Assembly (NCBI GenBank): GCA_031441465.1
Contig: JANOEP010000066.1
Location: forward strand, 94,132 to 158,131
Length of the DNA stretch: 64,000 nt
Reading direction: 5' to 3'
From: a bacterium
GTDB lineage: Bacteria; Krumholzibacteriota; Krumholzibacteriia; LZORAL124-64-63
Part shown: positions 1-12,458 of the stretch, one piece after another
Layout of the letters: the number at the start of each line of letters is the position of its first letter
Numbering within the stretch: position 1 is the stretch's first letter
Translations under genes and position numbers: made by a program
The notes under the pieces: generated by a model
Told to the model about the DNA's origin: nothing
The model's input: the letters and a program-made list of their open reading frames with translations, nothing else
Databases searched by the model: none

Positions 1-21
1 CGGCGCTGACCGGCGCGGACG

Positions 22-2160
22 GTGAAAATAAGTGGGCGCGCCTCCGGCCGAAGGTCTATCCTGGTAGCCATGAACGAACCAGCCGACGCGGGCCGCGCCC
101 GCCCCAGCGACAGCCGGTCCAACCGACTCGGCGACGAGGCGTCCGCCTACCTGCGGCAGCACGCCGGCAACCCCATCCACTGGCAGCCCTGGGACCGCGA
201 CGCCCTGGCGCACGCCCGCGACCGGGATCTGCCGATCTTCCTGTCGATCGGCTACGCGTCCTGCCACTGGTGCCACGTCATGGCGCACGAGGTCTTCGAG
301 GACGCGGAAGTGGCCGCGCTGCTGAACGAGCGGTTCGTCTGCATCAAGGTCGACCGCGAGGAACGCCCCGACCTGGACGAGGCCTACATGGCCGCCGTGA
401 CGGCGCAGTCCGGTCGCGGCGGCTGGCCGCTGTCGGTGTTCCTGACCTCGGACCTGCAGCCCTTCCACGGCGCCACCTACGTGCCTCGGGCGCGCTTCCT
501 GGAACTCTGCCACCGGATCGACGAAGCCTACCGCTCGCACCGCGGCGAGCTGCAGATCCAGGCGGGGCAGCTGGCCGGCGCGATCGCCGCCGTCCCGTTC
601 GACGACGACGGGCCGCCCATCACGACGGACGCGGTGGCGGCCGTGGCGCGGCAGGGCCTCGCCCACCACGACCCCGAATGGGGCGGTTTTCTGCAGCACC
701 AGAAGTTCCCCACGCCGTTGCGGTGGCAGTTCCTGCTGCACCACCACCGCCGCACCGGCGACCCGCTGGCCGCCACGGCGCTGCGACGCACGCTGGAGGC
801 GATGGCCACGGGTGGGATCCGCGACCACCTGGGCGGCGGTTTCCACCGCTACACGGTCGAGGAGACCTGGCTGGTGCCCCACTTCGAGATCATGCTCTAC
901 GACAACGCCCAGCTCGCGAGTCTCTACCTGGAGGCGGGCGCCGCCCTGGGTCAGCCGTGGTACCTCGGGGTGGCCCGCGACGTCCTGGATTTCCTGCTGG
1001 GCGAGATGCGCGATGGCGAGGGCGGCTTCTGCGCCAGCTTTGACGCCGACAGCGGCGGGCAGGAGGGCAGCTACTACGTCTGGACCCCGCAGGAGATCCT
1101 CGCGGCCGCGGGCGCGCGCGACGGGCCGCTGCTGGCGACCCTGCTCGGGGTGGCGCCCGGAGGCAACTTCGAGGGCCGCAGCATCCTGACGCGGCGCGTG
1201 GACGCGCCCCACGCGGCCATGCGGCACGGCCGCGAGCCGGCCGAGGCGGCGGCCTTGTTCGACCGTTTGCGCCCTCGACTGCGCGAGATCCGCGCAGCAC
1301 GCACCGCACCGGCGCGGGACCGCAAGATCGTGACCGCCTGGAACGGCCTGGCGTTGTCGGCGCTGGCGCGGGCCTCCGCACAACTCGACGAGCCCGCCTA
1401 CGGCCTGGCCGCCCGGCAAATCGCCGAACACCTCTGGTCGGCGCATCGCGACGCCCGTGGGCGCCTCGTGCGTGCGGTGACCGACGGCCGGCCCGCGGGC
1501 GAGGGCGTGCTCGACGACTACGCCTGCTTCGCCGAGGGCCTGCTGGACCTTTACCAGGCGACCGGCGACGCCGAACAGCTGCGGCGCGCCCACGAGTTGC
1601 TGGACACCGCCGTGACGCTCTTCGCCGACGACGAACTGGGGTTCGCCCTGACGGCCCGCGACGTCGACCTGCCTCTGGGCCGGCGCGCCGATTTCTTCGA
1701 CAGCGTCGAGCCCTCGGGCGCGGCCTCCCTGCTGCACGGCCTCTGGCGCGCGGCGCTGCTGGCGGGCGACCAGGCGGGGCAAGCGCGCGTGGTCGACCAC
1801 CTGCGCCGCCGCGGCGCGCTGCTGGAACGCGCCGGTCTGGAGATGGCCTGGTGGGCCGACGCGGCGCTGCTGGCCGTGGCCCCGGGCTACGCGGCGGTCA
1901 TCGCCGGTGATCCCGACGCCCGGGACACCCGCGCCTTGCGGGCCGCCTTCTGGAGCCTGGCGCCGCCCTGGGCGGTGCTGGCGACCGTGCCCGCGGCGGG
2001 CGCCGACGAATCCTTGCGTCCCCTGATTCCGGTGGCTGCCGGCCTGACGGCGCGCCACGGCCGCGCTGTCGCCCACGTCTGCCTTCCCGGCGCCTGCGGC
2101 GCCCCGACGTCGGACCCCGACGAGTTCGCGCGGCAGTTGCTCGGGGGCTGGAATTGCTGA
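22..2160 (+). CDS. YyaL/DUF255-family thioredoxin-domain protein
   Basis: 712-aa ORF. The N-terminal signature PIFLSIGYASCHWCHVMAHEVFED is the thioredoxin-like DUF255 motif. It is followed by a long alpha/alpha-toroid-like region typical of YyaL. Confidence 0.8.
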   Translation: MKISGRASGRRSILVAMNEPADAGRARPSDSRSNRLGDEASAYLRQHAGNPIHWQPWDRDALAHARDRDLPIFLSIGYASCHWCHVMAHEVFEDAEVAALLNERFVCIKVDREERPDLDEAYMAAVTAQSGRGGWPLSVFLTSDLQPFHGATYVPRARFLELCHRIDEAYRSHRGELQIQAGQLAGAIAAVPFDDDGPPITTDAVAAVARQGLAHHDPEWGGFLQHQKFPTPLRWQFLLHHHRRTGDPLAATALRRTLEAMATGGIRDHLGGGFHRYTVEETWLVPHFEIMLYDNAQLASLYLEAGAALGQPWYLGVARDVLDFLLGEMRDGEGGFCASFDADSGGQEGSYYVWTPQEILAAAGARDGPLLATLLGVAPGGNFEGRSILTRRVDAPHAAMRHGREPAEAAALFDRLRPRLREIRAARTAPARDRKIVTAWNGLALSALARASAQLDEPAYGLAARQIAEHLWSAHRDARGRLVRAVTDGRPAGEGVLDDYACFAEGLLDLYQATGDAEQLRRAHELLDTAVTLFADDELGFALTARDVDLPLGRRADFFDSVEPSGAASLLHGLWRAALLAGDQAGQARVVDHLRRRGALLERAGLEMAWWADAALLAVAPGYAAVIAGDPDARDTRALRAAFWSLAPPWAVLATVPAAGADESLRPLIPVAAGLTARHGRAVAHVCLPGACGAPTSDPDEFARQLLGGWNC

Positions 2161-2188
2161 GGCGCGCCGGCCCTGGTTGTGTGGGGTC

Positions 2189-2217
2189 TTGACGGCGACC
2201 ATAAATAAGAGTAAGAT
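2189..2217 (+). promoter_or_regulatory. sigma-70-like promoter candidate (TTGACG, 17 nt spacer, TAAGAT) in an AT-rich island upstream of trp
   Basis: The stretch cttgacggcgaccataaataagagtaagat is conspicuously AT-rich in a 70% GC context. The -35 hexamer is a good match. Confidence 0.3.
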
Positions 2218-2291
2218 CATCCACTGATCGCGGTCCAGCCGGCCGCTTGTTTCTTCAGAGTCCTCAGCTCAGGATCGGGAGTCCAGCACAG

Positions 2292-2399
2292 ATGTCCAGT
2301 CTCACCGCACGGACCGTCCACGCAGCCAACCGCCGATGGCGGTCGTGGCGTGGTCTGACGGGCGCGGAAGGTCGGCTGTGCGGAGGAACGGACCGGTAA
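2292..2399 (+). CDS. candidate trp leader peptide (35 codons, two Trp codons)
   Basis: ATG at 2292. It translates to MSSLTARTVHAANRRWRSWRGLTGAEGRLCGGTDR with stop TAA at 2397-2399. It is not in the ORF track because it is short. It ends 27 nt before the terminator hairpin. Confidence 0.3.
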   Translation: MSSLTARTVHAANRRWRSWRGLTGAEGRLCGGTDR

Positions 2400-2426
2400 C
2401 ACCGGACCTACCCCGATCCCCTCAGT

Positions 2427-2454
2427 CCCACCATCCGCAGATGGTGGGTTTTTT
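2427..2454 (+). terminator. intrinsic terminator / attenuator hairpin immediately upstream of trpE
   Basis: Stem cccaccatc, loop cgca, stem gatggtggg, followed by TTTTTT. The trpE ATG lies about 25 nt downstream. Confidence 0.55.
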
Positions 2455-2478
2455 CATGTCCGTGACAACGGAGGGACG

Positions 2479-3933
2479 ATGGGCACCACGACGCATCCCG
2501 GCTCGACGCGGCTCCGCACGCCCCGTCGGCGCCGTATCCCCGCCGACCTCGACACGCCGGTGTCGGCGTACCTGAAGCTGGCGCCGCTGGGCGCGTGCTT
2601 CCTGCTCGAGAGCGTGGAGAAGGGAATCCAGCTGGGCCGGCACTCCTTCGTCGGCATCGGCCCCTGCACCACGATCACGTTGCGCGACGGCACGGCGACC
2701 GTGGCGCGCGGCGGCGCCGAGCGCCGCGAGCCGGTCGATCCGGGCGACATCTTCGCCCCGGTCCGCCGCGAACTCGCGTCCCTGGACCTGCCGCCGGACC
2801 TGGACCTGCCGGCCCCGTTCGGCGGCGCGGTGGGCGCCATCGCCTACGATTGCGTGCGCCACTTCGAGCACGTACCGCTGCCCGAGACCGGCTGGCTGGA
2901 CGCGCCCGACTACCATTTCGTCATCCCGACGACCCTGGCGGTCTTCGACCACGTCAAGAGCGAGATCGAACTGTGGACCCTGGCGTCGGACGAGGGAACA
3001 CGGTCCGCCGACGAGCAGCTCGACCGGCTCTTGGCCGCGCTGGCCGCGCCCCTGCCGGCGCTACCGGCGGCGGCGCCGCCGGCGCCGCACGCCGCACCCG
3101 AGTTCTCGGTCACCCGCGAGGAGTTCGAGGCTTCCGTCCGCCGCGCCAAGGAACACATCCTGGCCGGCGACTGCTTCCAGGTCGTGCTGTCGCAGGCCCT
3201 GCGCGGGACGACCGCCGCCCACCCCTTCCATATCTACCGGGCGCTGCGCATCCTGAACCCCTCGCCCTACCTCTTCTACCTCGACCACGGCGACACGCAG
3301 GTGATCGGGTCTTCGCCCGAGGTGCTGGTGAAGCTCGAGCGCGGGCGCGTCACGCTGTGCCCGATCGCCGGCACCCGCCCGCGCGACGAGGACGTGGCCG
3401 CGGACCTCGCCCTGGAGCGGGATCTGCTGGCCGATCCGAAGGAACGCGCCGAGCACGTGATGCTCGTGGACCTGGGCCGCAACGATCTCGGCCGGGTCTG
3501 TGTGACCGACAGCGTGCGCACCGAAGCCTTCATGACGATCGAGCGCTACTCGCACGTCATGCACATCGTGTCGCGGATCACCGGGACGCTGCGGCCCGAA
3601 CACGACCAGTTCGACCTGCTGCGGGCGGCCTTTCCGGCCGGCACGGTGTCGGGCGCGCCGAAGATCCGGGCCATGGCGGTGATCTCCGAGCTGGAGGGAC
3701 TGCGGCGGGGGGCCTACGCCGGCGCCGTGGGCTACTTCGGCCCGCGCGGCGACATGGACATGAGCATCGCCATCCGCACCCTGCACGTCCGGGACGGCCG
3801 GTTCTACGCGCAGGCGGGAGCCGGCATCGTGGCCGATTCGGACCCCGGGCGTGAATACCAGGAGACTCTCGACAAGATCGGCGCGCTGATCCGCGCGGTG
3901 GAGATCGCCCAGGAGGGATTCCGATGCACCTGA
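2479..3933 (+). CDS. trpE: anthranilate synthase component I
   Basis: 484 aa. Contains LLESVEKG, SPEVLVKLERGRVTLCPIAGTRPR and IAIRTLHV, which are characteristic chorismate-binding TrpE motifs. Confidence 0.9.
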   Translation: MGTTTHPGSTRLRTPRRRRIPADLDTPVSAYLKLAPLGACFLLESVEKGIQLGRHSFVGIGPCTTITLRDGTATVARGGAERREPVDPGDIFAPVRRELASLDLPPDLDLPAPFGGAVGAIAYDCVRHFEHVPLPETGWLDAPDYHFVIPTTLAVFDHVKSEIELWTLASDEGTRSADEQLDRLLAALAAPLPALPAAAPPAPHAAPEFSVTREEFEASVRRAKEHILAGDCFQVVLSQALRGTTAAHPFHIYRALRILNPSPYLFYLDHGDTQVIGSSPEVLVKLERGRVTLCPIAGTRPRDEDVAADLALERDLLADPKERAEHVMLVDLGRNDLGRVCVTDSVRTEAFMTIERYSHVMHIVSRITGTLRPEHDQFDLLRAAFPAGTVSGAPKIRAMAVISELEGLRRGAYAGAVGYFGPRGDMDMSIAIRTLHVRDGRFYAQAGAGIVADSDPGREYQETLDKIGALIRAVEIAQEGFRCT

Positions 3934-4505
3934 TGATCGACAACTACGACTCGTTCACCTTCAACGTGGTCCAGGCGCTCGCGACGCTGGGCGCCGAGGT
4001 GGAGGTCGTGCGCAACGACGCGCTCAGCGTCGCGCAGATCGCGGCGCGGCGCCCCGCGTCGCTGATCATCTCGCCCGGGCCGGGCCGTCCCGTCGACGCG
4101 GGCGTCTCGCTCGCCGCGATCCGGGAATTCGCCGGGCGGATCCCGATCCTGGGTGTCTGCCTGGGTCACCAGTGCATCGTCGAGGCTTTCGGCGGCGAGG
4201 TGGTGCGGGCGGAGCGGGTCATGCACGGCAAGACCTCGCGCATCTACAACGACGGCCGCACCCTGTACGAAGGGATGTCGAACCCCTTCGAGGCGACGCG
4301 CTACCACTCGCTGATCGCGCGCGAGGAGACCCTGCCCGGAGTTCTGGAAATCAGCGCCTTCACGTCCGAGGGCGAGATCATGGGCGTGCGCCATCGCGAG
4401 CACCCGATCGAGGGCGTGCAGTTCCATCCCGAATCGATCCTGACGCGGGAGGGGCCGGCCCTGTTCGCGAACTTCCTGCGCCTGGCCGCCGCCGCCGTGC
4501 GCTGA
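3924..4505 (+). CDS. trpG: anthranilate synthase component II (glutamine amidotransferase)
   Basis: 193 aa starting MHLMIDNYDSFTFNVVQ. GVCLGHQ carries the catalytic Cys. Overlaps the trpE stop. Confidence 0.9.
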   Translation: MHLMIDNYDSFTFNVVQALATLGAEVEVVRNDALSVAQIAARRPASLIISPGPGRPVDAGVSLAAIREFAGRIPILGVCLGHQCIVEAFGGEVVRAERVMHGKTSRIYNDGRTLYEGMSNPFEATRYHSLIAREETLPGVLEISAFTSEGEIMGVRHREHPIEGVQFHPESILTREGPALFANFLRLAAAAVR

Positions 4506-4516
4506 AAGGAGGAGCC

Positions 4517-5541
4517 ATGGATCCCCGACTGCTCGATCGCCTGCTCGACGGCCGCGATCTGGACGCCGATCAGGCCGAAGCGCTCCTGGACGCGGTCATG
4601 GACGGAATCCTCGGCGAGGCGCGCCTCGCGGCCCTGCTGGCGGCCCTGCGCGCCAAGGGCGAGACCGAGGACGAGATCACCGGTTTCGCCCGGTCGCTGC
4701 GCCGGCACGCGGTGCGCGTCGAACCGGCGCCGAGCGGCGCGATCGACACCTGCGGCACCGGGGGCGACGGCTCCGGAAACTTCAACATCTCCACCGCGAC
4801 CGCGCTGGTGGCCGCGGCGATGGGCATCCCGGTGGCCAAGCACGGCAACCGGGCCGTCTCGTCGCGCTGCGGCAGCGCCGACGTCCTGGAGGCGCTGGGG
4901 GTGGCGGTGGACCTACCGCCGGAACGGGCCGCGGTCCTGGTGGAGAGCGTCGGCATCGGTTTCCTGTTCGCGCCCCTGCACCATCCCGCCCTGCGGCAGG
5001 CCGCGACCGTGCGCCGCGAACTCGGCGTGCGCACCGTCTTCAACCTGCTGGGTCCCCTGGCGAACCCGGCCGGGGTGCGCCGCCAATTGTTGGGCGTCTA
5101 CGCCCCCGCTCTGGTGCCGAAGATGGTCCGTGCGCTGCGCCGGCTCGGGACCGAGCGCGCCTTTGTGGTGCACGGCGACGACGGCTCCGACGAGGTCTCG
5201 CTGACCGGCCCGACGATGGTCGCCGAGCTGCGCGGCGGCGTGATCCGCACCACCGTGTTCGTGCCGGAGAAGGCGGGATTGCCGCGTTGTGCGGCGGCGG
5301 ACCTGTCCGGCGGCGACGCGCAGCTCAACGCGGCGCTGGTGCGTGGGGTCCTGGCGGGCGAGCCCGGGCCGCGGCGCGACGCCGTGCTGCTGAACGCGGG
5401 CTTCTGCGCGGTGCTGGCCGACCTCGCCGCGAACCCGGCGCAGGGCGTGGCCCTGGCCCGCCGCGCCGTCGAGTCGGGCGAGGCGTCGGCCGTGCTCGAG
5501 CGTCTGGTCGACGCTTCGCAGAAGCTGGCGAGGGAGGCGTC

Positions 5542-5545
<4 letters not shown>
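4517..5545 (+). CDS. trpD: anthranilate phosphoribosyltransferase
   Basis: In-frame ATG at 4517 preceded by aaggagg. Contains the TrpD glycine-rich motif CGTGGDGSGNFNISTA. The longer ORF-track version starting at 4172 was rejected. Confidence 0.85.
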
Positions 5546-6317
<772 letters not shown>

Positions 6318-6321
<4 letters not shown>

Positions 6322-6956
6322 GCCGCGTCCACGTCAAGATCTGCGGCCTGACCACCCCCGACGACGTGCGGTTCTGCCACGCCGCGGGCGCCCGCTACCT
6401 CGGCGTGATCCTCGCGCCGAGCCCGCGCCGCGTCGCGCCCGACGACGTGAAGCTGCTGCGCGACGCCGCGCCCGAGGCGCTGCTGGTGGGCGTCTTCGTG
6501 GACGCGCCGCTGCCGACCATCGGCCTCGCCGCGGACCACGCGGGCTTCGACTTCGTGCAGCTGCACGGGCGCGAGGACGCCGCGACGGTGCTGGCGGTGC
6601 GCGAGCGCTGCGGCGTGCCGGTCATCAAGGCCGTGCGGCCCGGCGAACTGGCGGACCCCGCCGTCGCCGCCGCCGCCGCCGAAGCCGCGGACTTCGTGCT
6701 GTTCGATCTGCCGAAGGGGTTCCCACCCGACGCGGGACTACGCGAGCGCCTGTGGGAGGAGGCCGCCGCCGCCGTGCGGGCGGGCCGCCGGGTCCTGCTG
6801 GGCGGCGGCCTGACGCCGGCGGACGCCGCCGAGGCGGCGCACCGGGTCCGGCCGTACGCGCTGGACGTGGCCTCGGGCGTCGAATCGGCGCCGGGTCGCA
6901 AGGATCCCGCCGCCGTCCGCGCCTTCATGGAGGAGGTCGCCCGTGTCCGCGCCTGA
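6318..6956 (+). CDS. trpF: phosphoribosylanthranilate isomerase
   Basis: GTG at 6318 overlaps the trpC stop. Starts VHVKICGLT and contains DFVQLHG, both PRAI motifs. Confidence 0.8.
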
Positions 6957-8142
6957 ATTCTCCGCAACAGGTCGCTTCGGCCTTTATGGCGGCCGCTACG
7001 TCCCCGAGACCCTGATGCCCGGACTGATCGAGCTGGAGGCCGCCTTCCACGCGGCCTGGGTCGACCCGGCGTTCCGGTCCAAACTCGACGCGCTGCGCCG
7101 CGACTACGGCGGCCGCCCGACGCCCCTGTTCCGCGCCCGCCGCTTCGGCGCGGCCCACGGCGGCGGGGCCGAAGTCTGGCTGAAGCGCGAGGACCTCAAC
7201 CACACCGGCGCCCACAAGATCAACAACAGCCTGGGCCAGGCGCTGCTCGCGCGGCGCATGGGCAAGCGGCGTGTGGTGGCCGAGACCGGCGCCGGCCAGC
7301 ACGGCGTGGCCACCGCCGCGGCCTGCGCCCTGTTGGGACTGGAGTGCGTGGTGCACATGGGCGAGGCGGACATGGCGCGCCAGGCGCCCAACGTCGCCCG
7401 CATGCGCCTGCTGGGAGCCCGCGTGGTCCCGGTCGGCGGCGGCAGCCGCACGCTCAAGGACGCCACCAGCGAGGCGATCCGCGACTGGGTCGCCAACGTC
7501 GCCACCACGCACTACATCCTGGGCTCGACCGTGGGTCCGCATCCCTACCCGACGATCGTGCGCGAACTGCAGGCGGTGATCGGCGGTGAGGCCCGCGCAC
7601 AGTTCCTGGCCGCGACGGGCCGGTTGCCCGCGACGGTCGTGGCCTGCGTGGGCGGCGGCAGCAACGCCCTGGGCATCTTCAGCGCTTTCCTCGCGGACGA
7701 CGGCGTCGCCCTAGTGGGCGTGGAGGCCGGCGGCTCGGCGGCCGGCCACTCGGCCGCTCTGGGACGCGGCACGCCCGGCGTCCTGCACGGCGCCTATTCC
7801 TACCTGCTCCAGGACGACGACGGCCAGGTCACCGCCGCCCATTCCATCGCCGCGGGCCTGGACTATCCCGGCGTGGGCCCCGAGCACGGGCACCTCAAGG
7901 ACACCGGCCGCGCCGTCTACGAGGAAGTCGACGACCGCGAGGCGCTCGCGGCTTTCCACGCGCTGTGCCGACTGGAAGGGATCATCCCCGCGCTGGAGTC
8001 CAGCCACGCGCTGGCCTGGGTCGCGCGCCGGCAGACGCAGGCGCCCGCGCTGGCGGGGCCGATCCTGGTGAACCTCTCGGGCCGCGGGGACAAGGACCTC
8101 GCCGAATTCGTGACCGGGTCCGCGGGAGGCGGCCCGTCATGA
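6943..8142 (+). CDS. trpB: tryptophan synthase beta chain
   Basis: 399 aa. Contains [16 protein letters not shown] and HTGAHKINN with the PLP lysine. Confidence 0.9.
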   Translation: MSAPEFSATGRFGLYGGRYVPETLMPGLIELEAAFHAAWVDPAFRSKLDALRRDYGGRPTPLFRARRFGAAHGGGAEVWLKREDLNHTGAHKINNSLGQALLARRMGKRRVVAETGAGQHGVATAAACALLGLECVVHMGEADMARQAPNVARMRLLGARVVPVGGGSRTLKDATSEAIRDWVANVATTHYILGSTVGPHPYPTIVRELQAVIGGEARAQFLAATGRLPATVVACVGGGSNALGIFSAFLADDGVALVGVEAGGSAAGHSAALGRGTPGVLHGAYSYLLQDDDGQVTAAHSIAAGLDYPGVGPEHGHLKDTGRAVYEEVDDREALAAFHALCRLEGIIPALESSHALAWVARRQTQAPALAGPILVNLSGRGDKDLAEFVTGSAGGGPS

Positions 8143-8950
8143 GGCTCGAGCAGACGACCCGCGCCGAGCGCGACGCCGGCCGCAAGGCCCTGGTGCCCTT
8201 CTTCACGGCGGGCTACCCGAGCGAGGCCGCGTTCCTCGACCTGGTGCGCGCGGCCGCGGACGCGGGCTGCCGCACCGTCGAGGTGGGTATCCCGTTCAGC
8301 GATCCGGTGGCCGACGGCCCGCTGATCCAGGCTTCGAGCCTGGCGGCGCTGCGCGGCGGCATGACCCTGCGCCGCGCCTTGGCGCTGACCGCACGGGCCA
8401 CGGCGGCGACGGGCGTGGGCGCCGTCGTGATGAGCTACGTGAACCCCGTGCTGCGGCTCGGCGCGGTGGAGTTCGCGGCGCGCGCCCGGGACGCGGGCGT
8501 CGTGGGCGTCATCCTGCCGGACGTGCCGCACGAGGAGGGCGGCCCGTGGCGCGGGCCGCTGGCGGCGGCCGGGCTGCCCCTGATCGAGCTGATCGCGCCG
8601 ACCACCGGCGCCGCGCGCGTCGCGGGCATCGCCGCGGACGCCCGCGGCTTCCTCTACCTGGTGGCCCTGACCGGGGTGACCGGCGCCGCCGCCGACCCGG
8701 CGGCCCACGCCGCGGCCCTGGTCGCGCACGCCCGCGCCGTCACCGACCTGCCCTGCTACGTCGGCTTCGGCGTGGCCGATCCCGCCGGCGCGCGCCGGGT
8801 CGCCCGCTCGGCCGATGGCGTGATCGTCGGCAGCGCCCTGGTGCGCTTGCTGCAGGCGGCGCCGGATCCGTCGTCCGGCATCCGCCACGTCGCCGATTTC
8901 TTGCACGCGCTGCGGGCGGCCCTCGAGCCGCCCGCGCAGGAGGTAACGTC

Positions 8951-8954
<4 letters not shown>
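8139..8954 (+). CDS. trpA: tryptophan synthase alpha chain
   Basis: ATG at 8139 overlaps the trpB stop in an ATGA overlap. Contains [24 protein letters not shown] and VGFGV, all TrpA motifs. Confidence 0.85.
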
Positions 8955-9973
<1,019 letters not shown>

Positions 9974-10057
9974 ACCTCGACCGCCTGGTTCTCCTCGGCT
10001 ATGCTGCACGGCAGACCGGCCGTCGGGGCCGGCCGCGACGCGCGAAAGAGGACCTGC

Positions 10058-10561
10058 ATGCGCATCCCCGTCCTGATCCTGCTGTCGCTGTGCCTGCTGG
10101 GCGCCGCCCAGGCGGCCTGGTACGGGCCCGGACTGCCCGTGCGGCCGGCGTCGCACTTCGGCGGCGACGGCGTGGCGGACGGCTGGAGCGACAAGGAATC
10201 GTTCCTGACGATGCAGATCGCCTTGCTGGCCCTGACGGCCGGGCTGTTCCTGCTGATCGGCTGGTTGTTGCCCCGGACCCCCGTGCGATGGATCAACCTG
10301 CCGCATCCCGAGTACTGGCTGGACGAGTCGCGTCGTGCCGCCACCCTCGCCGCCGTGTCCCGGTCCCTGGCCTGGTTCGGTTGCGCCACCACGCTGTTCC
10401 TGCTGTGGACCTTCCAGCTCACGATCCTGGCCAACCTCACCGATCCGCCGCGCCTGCCGGCGGCGGTCTTCTGGTCCGGTTTCGTGGCCTACATGGCCTA
10501 CAGCACGTGGTGGACGCTGCGGTTGATCCTGCGCTACCAGCGGTTGCCGGCACGGGGCTGA
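10058..10561 (+). CDS. hypothetical membrane protein
   Basis: Has a signal/TM-like N-terminus MRIPVLILLSLCLLGAAQA and several hydrophobic segments. No recognised motif. Confidence 0.45.
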   Translation: MRIPVLILLSLCLLGAAQAAWYGPGLPVRPASHFGGDGVADGWSDKESFLTMQIALLALTAGLFLLIGWLLPRTPVRWINLPHPEYWLDESRRAATLAAVSRSLAWFGCATTLFLLWTFQLTILANLTDPPRLPAAVFWSGFVAYMAYSTWWTLRLILRYQRLPARG

Positions 10562-10669
10562 CGGCGGCTCCGACGACTGCCCGGTTGCCCGCCGGGTCCG
10601 CGGACGCTAACCTGTGGCACGGCGCCGCCCGGCGGCGTTCCGGGAGCCACGACCGAACCGGGAGTCACG

Positions 10670-11521
10670 ATGCGACGAGGCGACTGGACCTTCCGAGCCT
10701 TCACCGACGGCACCTTCCGGCTGGACGGGGGCGCCATGTTCGGCGTCGTGCCGCGCACCATGTGGGCGCGCCATCACGAGCCCGACGACAAGAACCGCAT
10801 CCGCATGACGGTGCGCTGCCTGCTCGCCGAGTGCGGCGACCGGCGTGTGCTGGTGGACACCGGGCTGGGCGACCGCTGGGAGCAGAAGCACAAGGACATC
10901 TACGTCATCGAGCGCAGCGCCGGCCACCTGGTGGGCCAGCTCGCCGCCGCGGGCGTCTCGGCCGACGCGATCACCGACGTCGTGCTGACCCACCTGCACT
11001 TCGACCACACCGGCGGCACGGTGCGGCAGGGGCGCGACGGTCTGGAGCCGATGTTCCCGTCGGCGCGCCACTGGGTCCAGGAGAAGCAGTGGCGCTGGGC
11101 GCACCAGCCGAGCGAGCGCGACCGCGCCAGCTTCCGCCCCGACGACTTCGAGCCGCTGCGGCAGGCGGGTCTGCTGGAACTGGTCGACGGGGCCGGCGAG
11201 ATCCTGCCGGGCGTGCGCGTGCTGCCCGTCCACGGGCATACGCCGGGTCAGCAGATGGTGGAGTTCCGCACCGAGGACGCCGTGGTCGTCTTCTGCGGCG
11301 ACCTGGTCCCGCTGGCCAGCCAGGTGCGCGTGCCCTGGATCATGGGCTACGACCTCAACCCGCTGCTGACCCTCGAGGAGAAGAAGTCCTACCTGAGCCG
11401 CGCCGCCGAGGAGGGGCACGTGCTGGTCTTCGAGCACGACGCCGACGTGGAGTGCGCGCAGGTGGCCTTCCGCGACGGGAACTTCGAGACCGTCGGCCCC
11501 TTCACCCTGGCTGAGCGCTAG
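10670..11521 (+). CDS. MBL-fold metallo-hydrolase
   Basis: Contains the VLTHLHFDHTGG HxHxDH zinc motif and a downstream HGHTPG. Confidence 0.8.
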   Translation: MRRGDWTFRAFTDGTFRLDGGAMFGVVPRTMWARHHEPDDKNRIRMTVRCLLAECGDRRVLVDTGLGDRWEQKHKDIYVIERSAGHLVGQLAAAGVSADAITDVVLTHLHFDHTGGTVRQGRDGLEPMFPSARHWVQEKQWRWAHQPSERDRASFRPDDFEPLRQAGLLELVDGAGEILPGVRVLPVHGHTPGQQMVEFRTEDAVVVFCGDLVPLASQVRVPWIMGYDLNPLLTLEEKKSYLSRAAEEGHVLVFEHDADVECAQVAFRDGNFETVGPFTLAER

Positions 11522-11528
11522 GAGCCGC

Positions 11529-12458
11529 GTGGGAACCGTCAAGAGCGTGCGCCGCCACCATCTCGAGAAGCCGGCGTGGGTCAAGGCGCCGCGCAAGGGC
11601 GGCGACGCCTACAACGAGATGAAGCAGCTGCTGCGCACCGCCCAGCTGAACACCATCTGCGAGAGCGGCAACTGCCCCAACCGCGGCGAGTGTTTCAGCA
11701 ACCGGACCGCGACCTTCATGATCATGGGGCACGTCTGCTCGCGGAAATGCACCTTCTGCAACGTGCTGACCGGCCCCGCCGATCCCCTGGACCGCGACGA
11801 GCCGCGCCGCGTGGCCGAGACGGTCCGCCACCTCGAGCTGAAATTCGCCGTCGTCACCTCCGTCAACCGCGACGAGCACCCCGACGGCGGTTCGGCCCAG
11901 TTCGCCGCGACGATCCGCTGGATCCGCCGGCTGAATCCCGGCTGCGGCGTCGAGGTGCTGGTGCCCGACTTCCTCGGTGACCCGCGCCAGATCGGCAAGG
12001 TGCTCGACGCGCGCCCCGAGGTCCTGGCCCACAACCTCGAGACGGTGCCGCGGCTCTACGCCGAGGTGCGGCCCCAAGCCGTCTACCAGCGCTCGCTGAC
12101 CCTGCTGAAGCACGTCCGCCAACAGGCCGACGCCGCCGGCGCGACGCTGCGGGTCAAGACGGGCATCATGCTCGGGCTCGGCGAGGAACGCGACGAGGTC
12201 CTCGCGCTGATGCGCGACTGTGTGGACCACGGCGTGGACATCCTGACCGTCGGCCAGTACCTGCAGCCGACGCCGCGCCACCACCCCGTGCTACGCTTCT
12301 ATCCTCCCGAGGAGTTCGCCGACCTCGCCCGCGCGGGTCGCGAACTGGGGCTGGGCTGGGTCGAGGCGGGGCCGCTGGTGCGGTCCAGCTACCACGCGCG
12401 TGAGCAGGCTGCGGGCCGTGAGCAGGTCAAAGGGCACGGGCAGGACCATGACGCCTGA
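11529..12458 (+). CDS. lipA: lipoyl synthase
   Basis: CPNRGECF followed by GHVCSRKCTFCNV: two Cys clusters comprising the radical-SAM motif. Confidence 0.9.
   Translation: MGTVKSVRRHHLEKPAWVKAPRKGGDAYNEMKQLLRTAQLNTICESGNCPNRGECFSNRTATFMIMGHVCSRKCTFCNVLTGPADPLDRDEPRRVAETVRHLELKFAVVTSVNRDEHPDGGSAQFAATIRWIRRLNPGCGVEVLVPDFLGDPRQIGKVLDARPEVLAHNLETVPRLYAEVRPQAVYQRSLTLLKHVRQQADAAGATLRVKTGIMLGLGEERDEVLALMRDCVDHGVDILTVGQYLQPTPRHHPVLRFYPPEEFADLARAGRELGLGWVEAGPLVRSSYHAREQAAGREQVKGHGQDHDA

Noticed and set aside
4172-4516. Longer start for trpD overlapping trpG
   Set aside because: TrpD homology begins at MDPRLLDRLLDG, with a strong SD (aaggagg) at 4517. The upstream portion is Arg-rich junk in the trpG frame-shadow.
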